The notes beneath the pieces are model-generated. The model was given only the letters and a program-made list of their open reading frames with translations, did no database searches and was not told the DNA's origin. From the IMG/VR virus record IMGVR_UViG_3300020043_003824, positions 1 through 34,356 of that record: 34,356 nucleotides of DNA. One strand, 5' to 3'. This document shows positions 1 through 7,845 of this stretch, in pieces (position 1 is the first letter of the stretch; each line of letters starts with the position of its first letter). The DNA comes from a virus. Taxonomy: Duplodnaviria; Caudoviricetes. The position numbers and the translations under genes are program-made.

Positions 1-49
1 ACAACGACATTGACGGAAAAAGTATCTCCATTTTGCGTTTCTTGTGCCG
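1..49 (-). other. Inverted fragment of the terminase large subunit gene (RHKKRKMEILFPSMSL)
   Basis: Bases 1-17 are the exact reverse complement of 2642-2658. The reverse complement of 1-49 reads in frame into ...FPSMSL, extending the truncated TerL ORF upstream. Confidence 0.85.
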
Positions 50-79
50 TCACAATCGCGGTCGCGTGGTCGATTTTAA
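42..79 (+). pseudogene. 3' end (VPSQSRSRGRF*) of a second allele of the gpW-like gene at 3961-4242
   Basis: Near-identical to 4205-4242 (VPSQSRSLGRF*). Confidence 0.8.
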
Positions 80-90
80 CATACGAGAAA

Positions 91-1602
91 ATGGCAATAC
101 TCGATCAATTCGGCAGGCAGGTAAGTTATAAAGCGGCAAGGGCAGCGCAGGAAACTCGTTATCGTCCATGGGAGCCGACCGAGAAAAAGGACATCAGCGA
201 TCTGGTTCCATCGGTTGATCGCGTCACCCTGCAATCGCATGCTCGGAGGATTTATCTGAATTTCGGCCCGATCAAGAATGCGATCAACCAGCGTGGAATG
301 TATGCGGTCGGTCGAGCATTCGTCCCGATCTACAAAGGTCTGGATGATGTGTTCGGTGCCGCAGCGACCAATTTTCTTACTGATGTGTTTTACCGGATCG
401 GGGATTCCCGAGGTGGAATGCACGACCTCAAGACCAACCTATTTGGGTGGTCGACCTCGATCGACATCGATGGTGAAATTTTCATCCTGCTCACAGAAAC
501 TGCGACCGGATTCCCGCAATACCAAGGCATTCCGAGTCATCGCATTGCAACCCCGAAAGGATTCAGCGATGGAAAACAATACCGAGGCGGGACGCTTCAA
601 GACGGCATCATCTACTTTGCGAGTGGTGAAGCAAAGGAATACGCATTCTGTGACAAGTCAGGCGCACTCGACCAATGGCTGCCGGCGCAAAATGTCATCC
701 ACCTGTTCGATCCCGAGTGGCAATATCAGAGTCGCGGACTGACTGCATTGACGCATTGCATCAATGACTGTCGTGACATGATCCAATCGACCGAGTGGGA
801 AAGGTTGGCAATGCTTCAGATGTCCTCGATCTCGCTGGTCGAATACAACGACACCGGCGGCCCAGACCATGATGACCCATACAATGCGCTGATCGGTAGC
901 ACCGAATCGACCAAGGGCATGACGGTCGAGAGTCTGGATGGTGGCACCGTTCGGTATTTCCGCAGCAACTCGGGTGGCAAGATCGAGACTCTGGTCAACA
1001 ATCGCCCGGGCAATCCATTTCTGGATTTCCACAACCGCCTGCTCAAGTCGGCCTTTGCTGGTCTGAATTGGCCGATGGCATTTTACGATGGTCACGCATC
1101 TGGTGGTGGCACCGCTCAACGCACCGAGATTGCGATGGCGCAACGCTCGATCGAGGATCGTCAGGATCTGCTGTTTTATGCTGCTCGCCGGATCATCGGA
1201 TACGCGATCAGCAAGATGCAGAAACGAGGCGATCTTCCACCTGCCGTGGATTGGTACAACTGGGATTTTTCAACCCCGCCGAAACTCACGATCGATGATG
1301 GTCGCATCACCAAGGAACTGGAAGCACTCTGGAAGATGGGCGCGGCAAACCTGCGGGACATCGTGTCGATGCGCGGCAAGACCCTTGAATCGCATTATCA
1401 AGAACGAGCGCAGGAAGTTGCGCTGCGGAAACTCGCGGCCCGAGACGCATCTGACCTGTACGGTGTAGATATTGACGACCGTGAAATGTCCATGCTCACG
1501 CCAAATGAGATGGCACCGAGCAACGGAAACTCAAGCAGGTCATCGAATGATGTGGGTGAAGATGAAGATTTAGACAATGGCAGTCGATCTCAAACCAACT
1601 GA
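91..1602 (+). CDS. Portal protein, lambda family (allele A)
   Basis: About 503 aa from ATG 91, nearly identical to 4254-5771. Motifs DGEIFI, NVIHLFDPE..Q.RG and LKSAFAGLNWP fit lambda-type portals; it lies upstream of the head protease. Confidence 0.9.
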   Translation: MAILDQFGRQVSYKAARAAQETRYRPWEPTEKKDISDLVPSVDRVTLQSHARRIYLNFGPIKNAINQRGMYAVGRAFVPIYKGLDDVFGAAATNFLTDVFYRIGDSRGGMHDLKTNLFGWSTSIDIDGEIFILLTETATGFPQYQGIPSHRIATPKGFSDGKQYRGGTLQDGIIYFASGEAKEYAFCDKSGALDQWLPAQNVIHLFDPEWQYQSRGLTALTHCINDCRDMIQSTEWERLAMLQMSSISLVEYNDTGGPDHDDPYNALIGSTESTKGMTVESLDGGTVRYFRSNSGGKIETLVNNRPGNPFLDFHNRLLKSAFAGLNWPMAFYDGHASGGGTAQRTEIAMAQRSIEDRQDLLFYAARRIIGYAISKMQKRGDLPPAVDWYNWDFSTPPKLTIDDGRITKELEALWKMGAANLRDIVSMRGKTLESHYQERAQEVALRKLAARDASDLYGVDIDDREMSMLTPNEMAPSNGNSSRSSNDVGEDEDLDNGSRSQTN

Positions 1603-2265
1603 AGCGATGGCATCCGAGGCATCGCTCGGACTGCAGTGGCGGCGGGAATTTAACCGGGGAGGCACAGAGGTAGGTGTCGCTCGGGCGAGGGATATTTCAA
1701 ACCGCACCAACCTATCTGAAGAAACCGTGCGCCGAATGGTTTCATATTTTGCTCGGCATGAAGTCGACAAACAAGGCGAAGGATTTAGCCCCGGAGAGGA
1801 TGGATATCCATCTGCCGGTCGCATTGCGTGGGCATTGTGGGGCGGTGACCCGGGACAATCATGGGCAAATGCAAAAGCCAGACAACTTGACAACGAACGA
1901 AATAACGACATGGAAATTCACATTGAAAACCGAGCCGGTAAGGTAAAACTCAACTCCGGCGTTTACAAGGAGAGTGCCGACAAGCTCATCGATGATCTTG
2001 ACAAACTCTATGGGCCTGCTGCGGTGGTCGCCCAGATGTGCATCGGTGAAGTAGTATGCTCTGCTGACGATGCTTTGGAGTCTGTCGAGGTTGAGATCAA
2101 TTCGCCCGGCGGGTCAGTTTTTGAAGGTCAGCGGATTTTCAATGCGCTGCGCTCGATGTCGGCCCGAGGTGTCGAAGTCACAGCAACCGTCAATGGTCTG
2201 GCAGCATCGATGGGCAGCGTGATCCTGATGGCAGGCGACAAGCGCAGGATGACTGCCGGAAGCCG
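1577..2265 (+). CDS. Head maturation protease (ClpP/S14), allele A, with extra 111-aa N-terminal domain; 3'-truncated at a junction
   Basis: From M112 (1910) it matches 5805 onward (INSPGG, GLAASMGS). Similarity stops at about 2265, where inverted terL sequence begins. Confidence 0.85.
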
Positions 2266-2645
2266 GGTAAATGGTCGGTGGGTAATGTCACCGTTCTGCT
2301 TCTTAAACGCGAACGATTTCTGACCAGACCCATGCAGCGCCGTCCAGTTCATCCGGGCGCAGGCCGAATAGACCTGATCGGTGTCATACTGGGCATCGAC
2401 AAAGACGCATTGCGGTCGGATGCCATAACGGATCGCCACATCATGCACGGCATCAAATGTCTCAAGTCGCCCATACCAGAGTTGTGCGCTTTTTCCGCTT
2501 GCCGTCCATGCCCTTATACCTGCCCAAAAATGATCTCGCTGTTTGTCCACCGTAAGGAATCGCTGTGCCTCGTCTTCGATTTTCTGACCGGCAGTAAATT
2601 CCCCAGTTAGATATCCATTCCCAACCAATTCCACCCGATTATCCG
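2263..2645 (-). other. Inverted internal fragment of terminase large subunit (second allele)
   Basis: Translates DNRVELVGNG...HRPFTR, matching about 3255-3635 with 4 aa differences and many silent changes. Confidence 0.92.
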
Positions 2646-3944
2646 TCAATGTCGTTGTTCCTGACTGGCGCGAATCTATCCGGCCTGCAATCGAAGTCGA
2701 TGCGCCGGGTGTTCTGTGACGAGGCATGGCAATACCGAGCCGGTATGTTGAATGAGGCCCGAGGTCGATTGCATGACAGGTGGAATCGGCAGTTTTTCAT
2801 CCTGTCGCAGGCGGGTGCCAAAGGTGATGACCTCGACAAAGCATGGGGCAATACTGATCGGCGTGAATTTAGTTTTGACTGTCCATCCTGCGGGACGGTT
2901 CAGCCATGGACATGGGCGAATGTCACATATTCGGACGATGAGTCGCTCGATGCGTTGACCCGGGCGCAGACTGCGGTGCTGCGGTGCCAGAATGCTGACT
3001 GCGATTGGAGATGCCCAGATTCGCCGCAACCTCGCAGGGCATTGGCCGAAGGTGGTCGATATGTTCCAAGCGGATCAGGTCTGCCGGGGCATGTCGGGTT
3101 TCATTACAATGTGCTGTGCAACTGGCGAAAACCGCTTTGGGAGGTCGTGCTGCTCTGGCTTGAGGCCAAGGCAGCGATGAAGGTTGGCAACATTGACCCA
3201 CTCCGGCAGTTCATTCAGAAGCGATTGGCAGAGGCATGGGAAGAGGATCTGTCAGATAACCGGGTGGAATTGGTGGGCAATGGATATCTGACTGGGGAAT
3301 TTACTGCTGGGCAAAAGATCGAGGATGAGGCGCAGCGATTCCTCACGGTGGACAAGCAGCGAGATCACTTTTGGGCCGGTGTCCGAGCATGGACGGCAAG
3401 TGGCAAGAGCATGCAGCTCTGGTATGGGCGACTTGAGACATTCGATGCCGTGCATGATGTGGCGAACCGATATGGCATTCGACCGCAATGTGTCTTTGTC
3501 GATGCCCAGTATGACACCGATCAGGTTTACTCGGCCTGCGCTCGGATGAACTGGACGGCACTGCATGGATCGGGTCAGAAATCGTTCGCGTTTAAGAAGC
3601 AGAATGGTGACATCATACACCGACCATTTACCCGGTTTCAAGATGCAACCGCATCGAGCGGCGGCAAGGCTCGGTATGCTCACTGGGCATCGGATCGTAT
3701 CAAGGACATCCTGCATGCCCACCGAATCGGCAAGGCAGGGTCATGGGATATCCCGGATGATGCGTCATCGGACTTCCTCAAGCAGATCGATTCCGAGATG
3801 AAACGCGAGGTGACGAATAGCAAAACCAAGCAGGTCGAATATCGATGGGTTAGGACTCGGAACAATAACCACGCATGGGATGTCGAGTCGATGCAGATTG
3901 TGGCTGCGCTGATGCTGAAACTGATACCGGGGTTTGATGTTTGA
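2642..3944 (+). CDS. terL: Terminase large subunit, lambda GpA family, 5'-truncated
   Basis: Walker B-like RRVFCDE, CPSCG zinc motif, GFHYN, nuclease region LTVDKQ...FVDAQY and NHAWDVE. The N-terminal Walker A part is absent. Confidence 0.9.
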
Positions 3945-3946
3945 CA
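3941..3946 (+). promoter_or_regulatory. TTGACA box 14 nt before ATG 3961
   Basis: One of a recurring set before late genes; no -10 hexamer fits before the start codon. Confidence 0.55.
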
Positions 3947-3960
3947 TTTCGGCACAATAG

Positions 3961-4242
3961 ATGGCGGCGAATCCTAAAGATGTTGCGAAAAATTTATTTT
4001 ACTACGCGCAGGGTAACCCCCAGCGGATCGCATCGATTCGGTCAGCATTCGACGCATCTGTCGCCGGCGCATTGACAAAGGGTGGTTTGGATTCGATTAC
4101 GAGTGCCACAAAGAACTCGGTCACGATGCAAAAGATGGTCGGGCTGAATGAGTCTGATCGCCAGAATGCGCTGCGTTGGGCATTGGATTACTTGAGCAAC
4201 GGATTTGTGCCATCACAATCCCGGTCACTTGGTCGATTTTAA
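3961..4242 (+). CDS. Small head-completion protein (gpW position)
   Basis: 93 aa between terL and portal, the gpW position in lambda-type heads; function inferred from synteny only. Confidence 0.6.
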   Translation: MAANPKDVAKNLFYYAQGNPQRIASIRSAFDASVAGALTKGGLDSITSATKNSVTMQKMVGLNESDRQNALRWALDYLSNGFVPSQSRSLGRF

Positions 4243-4253
4243 CATACGAAAAC

Positions 4254-5771
4254 ATGGCAATACTCGATCAATTCGGCAGGCAGGTTAGTTACAAAGCGGC
4301 AAGGGCAGCGCAGGAAACTCGTTATCGCCCATGGGAGCCTACCGAGAAAAAGGACATCAGCGATCTGGTTCCATCGGTCGATCGCGTGACCCTGCAATCT
4401 CATGCCCGAAGGATTTATCTGAATTTCGGCCCGATCAAAAATGCGATCAATCAACGCGGAATGTATGCGGTCGGTCGAGCATTCGTCCCGATCTACAAAG
4501 GTCTGGATGATGTATTCGGTGCCGCAGCGACCAACTTCTTGACCGATGTATTCTACCGCATTGGTGATTCCCGAGGTGGCATGCACGACCTCAAAACCAA
4601 CCTATTCGGATGGTCAACCTCGATCGACATCGATGGTGAGATTTTTATTTTGCTCACAGAAACCGCAACTGGATTCCCGCAATACCAAGGCATCCCGAGT
4701 CATCGCATTGCAACACCGAAAGGATTCAGCGATGGCAAACAATACCGAGGTGGGACGCTTCAAGACGGCATCATCTACTTTGCAAGCGGTGAAGCAAAGG
4801 AATACGCATTCTGTGATAAGTCTGGCGCACTCGACCAGTGGTTGCCGGCGCAAAATGTCATCCACCTGTTTGATCCCGAGTGGCAATATCAGAGTCGCGG
4901 ACTGACTGCGTTGACGCATTGCATCAACGATTGCCGCGATATGATCCAATCGACCGAGTGGGAAAGGTTGGCGATGCTTCAAATGTCATCGATCTCACTG
5001 GTCGAATACAACGACACCGGCGGCCCAGACCATGATGACCCATATAATGCGCTGATCGGTAGCACCGAATCAACCAAGGGCATGACGGTCGAGAGTCTGG
5101 ATGGTGGCACCGTTCGGTATTTCCGCAGCAACTCGGGTGGCAAGATTGAGACTCTGGTCAACAATCGTCCGGGCAATCCATTTCTTGATTTCCACAATCG
5201 ACTGCTCAAATCGGCATTTGCCGGTCTGAATTGGCCGATGGCATTCTACGATGGTCACGCATCTGGTGGTGGCACCGCTCAACGCACCGAGATTGCAATG
5301 GCGCAACGATCGATCGAGGATCGTCAGGATCTGCTGTTCTACGCTGCCCGTCGAATCATCGGATATGCGATCAGCAAGATGCAGAAACGAGGCGATCTGC
5401 CTGCTGCCGTGGACTGGTATAACTGGGATTTTTCGACCCCGCCGAAACTCACCATCGATGATGGTCGAATCACCAAGGAATTGGAAGCACTTTGGAAGAT
5501 GGGCGCGGCAAACCTCCGCGACATCGTTTCGATGCGCGGCAAGACCCTCGAATCGCATTACCAAGAACGAGCGCAGGAAGTTGCGCTGCGGAAACTCGCG
5601 GCCCGAGACGCATCGGATCTGTATGGTGTCGATATTGACGACCGTGAAATGTCGATGCTCACGCCGAACGAGATGGCATCGAGCAATGGAAACTCAAGCA
5701 GGTCATCGAATGACGATGATGAAGATTCAGATGATGATTTAGACAATGGCAGTCGACCTCAAACCAACTGA
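4254..5771 (+). CDS. Portal protein, lambda family (allele B)
   Basis: 505 aa from ATG 4254 (MAILDQFG); same motifs as allele A; terL-gpW-portal-protease synteny. Confidence 0.92.
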   Translation: MAILDQFGRQVSYKAARAAQETRYRPWEPTEKKDISDLVPSVDRVTLQSHARRIYLNFGPIKNAINQRGMYAVGRAFVPIYKGLDDVFGAAATNFLTDVFYRIGDSRGGMHDLKTNLFGWSTSIDIDGEIFILLTETATGFPQYQGIPSHRIATPKGFSDGKQYRGGTLQDGIIYFASGEAKEYAFCDKSGALDQWLPAQNVIHLFDPEWQYQSRGLTALTHCINDCRDMIQSTEWERLAMLQMSSISLVEYNDTGGPDHDDPYNALIGSTESTKGMTVESLDGGTVRYFRSNSGGKIETLVNNRPGNPFLDFHNRLLKSAFAGLNWPMAFYDGHASGGGTAQRTEIAMAQRSIEDRQDLLFYAARRIIGYAISKMQKRGDLPAAVDWYNWDFSTPPKLTIDDGRITKELEALWKMGAANLRDIVSMRGKTLESHYQERAQEVALRKLAARDASDLYGVDIDDREMSMLTPNEMASSNGNSSRSSNDDDEDSDDDLDNGSRPQTN

Positions 5772-5841
5772 AGCTGACAACTTGACAACGAACGAACTAA
5801 CGACATGGAAATTCACATCGAAAACCGAGCCGGTAAGGTAA
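5746..5841 (+). pseudogene. Frameshifted remnant (MAVDLKPTEA...) of the N-terminal domain seen in allele A
   Basis: First 10 codons match 1577-1606; a net 274-bp deletion puts it out of frame with the protease. Confidence 0.8.
5782..5787 (+). promoter_or_regulatory. TTGACA box 17 nt before protease ATG (also at 1887-1892 in allele A)
   Basis: Conserved in both alleles and retained just beyond the deletion endpoint. Confidence 0.55.
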
Positions 5842-6887
5842 AACTCAACTCCGGCGTTTACAAGGAGAGTGCTGATAAACTCATCGATGACCTAGACAAA
5901 CTCTATGGTCCTGCTGCGGTGATCGCCCAGATGTGCATCGGTGAGGTGGTATGCTCTGCCGACGATGCCTTGGAATCTGTCGAGGTTGAAATCAATTCGC
6001 CCGGCGGGTCAGTTTTTGAAGGTCAGCGGATTTTCAATGCGCTGCGCTCGATGTCGGCCCGAGGAGTCGAGGTTACTGCGACCGTCAATGGTCTGGCGGC
6101 ATCGATGGGCAGCGTGATCTTGATGGCAGGTGACAAGCGCAGGATGACTGCTGGTAGCCGCATTATGATCCATGAGGCATCGACCATTGCGGTCGGTGAT
6201 TCTCGATCCCTACGGAAACAATCAGATTTGCTGGAAGGCATCAGCGCAGAGATTGCTGGTATTTATGCCGAGCGGACTGGCGGCGATGAAAAGGAAATCC
6301 GCAAGATGATGTATGCCGAGACTTGGATGACCGCTGAAGAGGCAAAGGCAAATGGATTTGTCGATGTCATCCTCAAGGACGGCAAGGAAAAGGAAGAAGA
6401 AGAATTTGACAACACAACTAATGGCATGACTGGAATCCTCGCAAAATTGTTCCCGGGCAACGATGAAGCTGCAAAAATCGAAGCAGCGATCCTCGAAAAT
6501 GACACCCTCCGGGCTGAACTCGAAAAAGCCACCCAGAAAGTCGATGAGTTGACTGGTCTGGTTGAGGTGAACGCACAACTTCAAAACGATCTGGCTGCGG
6601 CACAATCTGCTGTTGCTGAATTTGAAGCAAAGGCAATCGCTGATTCCGAAACCATCAAGGAATTGGAAGAGGCTACCGAGGTTTCCGAAGAGAAGGTTTC
6701 GGCCAAAGCATCCGAGTTGCTCGCTGCCACCGGCCACCCTGCTCCTCTTGCTCTTGCTGCTGATAACAACGAGGCACCCCCGAGCCACCTTGCTGTCATG
6801 GCAAAACTCTCACCTGCTGACGCTGCCGAATATTTCGCCGCTCACAAGGCCGAGATTCTCGCAGACAATAACCGCTACAAAATCTAA
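5805..6887 (+). CDS. ClpP/S14-family head maturation protease with C-terminal scaffold domain
   Basis: INSPGGSVFEG, GLAASMGS (catalytic Ser), IMIHEAS (His), ETWMTAEEA..GFVD; acidic Ala/Glu-rich coiled-coil C-terminus. Confidence 0.92.
   Translation: MEIHIENRAGKVKLNSGVYKESADKLIDDLDKLYGPAAVIAQMCIGEVVCSADDALESVEVEINSPGGSVFEGQRIFNALRSMSARGVEVTATVNGLAASMGSVILMAGDKRRMTAGSRIMIHEASTIAVGDSRSLRKQSDLLEGISAEIAGIYAERTGGDEKEIRKMMYAETWMTAEEAKANGFVDVILKDGKEKEEEEFDNTTNGMTGILAKLFPGNDEAAKIEAAILENDTLRAELEKATQKVDELTGLVEVNAQLQNDLAAAQSAVAEFEAKAIADSETIKELEEATEVSEEKVSAKASELLAATGHPAPLALAADNNEAPPSHLAVMAKLSPADAAEYFAAHKAEILADNNRYKI
6426..6887 (+). CDS. Probable nested in-frame scaffolding protein (MTGILAKLF...)
   Basis: Met follows an acidic linker and lies 14 nt after TTGACA at 6406-6411; analogous to lambda Nu3 nested in gene C. 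Confidence 0.6.
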   Translation: MTGILAKLFPGNDEAAKIEAAILENDTLRAELEKATQKVDELTGLVEVNAQLQNDLAAAQSAVAEFEAKAIADSETIKELEEATEVSEEKVSAKASELLAATGHPAPLALAADNNEAPPSHLAVMAKLSPADAAEYFAAHKAEILADNNRYKI

Positions 6888-6906
6888 TCTACAACACTGA
6901 ACTATT

Positions 6907-7791
6907 ATGGCTACCATTGCCCTCAACGATAAAATCTTCTCCCAAGTCGCCATGCAGGCGTTTGTGGCGAAGCTCACCCCGCTCAACGCATTTACCAAAG
7001 ACTTCTCTGACGAGGCTCGTCGCAAAGGTGATGCTGTTATCGTTCCGCTCATCAGCGGAATCACCGCTACGACCTTCAATAACAGCTACGAAACTGGCGG
7101 CGGCGCTATCACATTCGCCACCGTGTCGATGGACAAACACCGCATCGCCTCGATCGATCTGACCGATGTGCAAGTTGCCAACAGCAGTGCTGCTGTGATG
7201 GACAACCTCGCCATCCAAGCCGGTGAAGCCCTTGCTCGTATCGTCCTCACCGACATCTGGAGCGCAATCACGGTTGCCAACTTTGGTGCCGCTGTTCTCA
7301 CGACTGCTGGCGCAAACTACACGATCGCTCAAATCGGCGCACTCCGCAAAGCACTTGTGCAACGCAATGTTCCGACCGATCGCCTGTCGTTCATCTCGGA
7401 TAGCGAAGTCTACACTGGTCTGCTCACCTCGTCTGGTGTTGCTCAAGCCCTCAACTACGGTGGTGCCGAAGCAGTCCGCGATGGTCAGATTCCGAAACTC
7501 CTCGGCATGTCGATGTATGAGTCGAACATCCTCCCAGCCAATGGTCTGACCAAGCTCGGTGGTTTCGCTGTTCACCCAGACGCGATCGCCATCGCCATGC
7601 GCTATCTTGAGCCACAAGCCCCCGGCGAATACCTCGCTGCCGAGCAAGTGTCTGCAAGCAACGGCATCACGATGGGTTATCGTCGCCACTTCAATGCTGC
7701 GACTGGTAAGCATTTCGCCAACTTTGAGTGCTTGTTCGGATTTACCCCAGCCTTGACCCTCGGTCTTGCTCTGGTCACGATCCCTGCTTAA
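6907..7791 (+). CDS. Major capsid protein (HK97 fold presumed)
   Basis: 294 aa after protease/scaffold; KGDAVIVP, DGQIPKLLGMSMYES, FAVHPDAIAIAMR and ECLFG capsid-like segments; followed by a terminator. Confidence 0.88.
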   Translation: MATIALNDKIFSQVAMQAFVAKLTPLNAFTKDFSDEARRKGDAVIVPLISGITATTFNNSYETGGGAITFATVSMDKHRIASIDLTDVQVANSSAAVMDNLAIQAGEALARIVLTDIWSAITVANFGAAVLTTAGANYTIAQIGALRKALVQRNVPTDRLSFISDSEVYTGLLTSSGVAQALNYGGAEAVRDGQIPKLLGMSMYESNILPANGLTKLGGFAVHPDAIAIAMRYLEPQAPGEYLAAEQVSASNGITMGYRRHFNAATGKHFANFECLFGFTPALTLGLALVTIPA

Positions 7792-7801
7792 TTCCTAACC
7801 T

Positions 7802-7837
7802 AGCACCGGCCTGCAATAGTGGGCCGGTGCTTTTTTT
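7802..7837 (+). terminator. Rho-independent terminator after capsid gene
   Basis: Stem AGCACCGGCC / GGCCGGTGCT followed by a T run. Confidence 0.85.
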
Positions 7838-7845
7838 CTATAAAT

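Noticed and set aside
10-90. TTG-started N-terminal extensions of the portal ORFs (from 10 and from 4176)
   Set aside because: They overlap the upstream gene or junction and diverge between copies; the shared start is MAILDQFG at 91 and 4254.
2128-2727. 199-aa minus-strand ORF as a real gene
   Set aside because: It is an inverted terL fragment flanked by antisense protease and terL sequence across two junctions.
2263-3635. Terminase repeat pair as a DGR template/variable pair or invertible cassette
   Set aside because: Differences are mostly synonymous and not adenine-specific; no reverse transcriptase, invertase or crossover sites are visible.
6889-7713. 274-aa antisense ORF over the capsid gene
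   Set aside because: Shadow frame produced by codon bias; no motifs.
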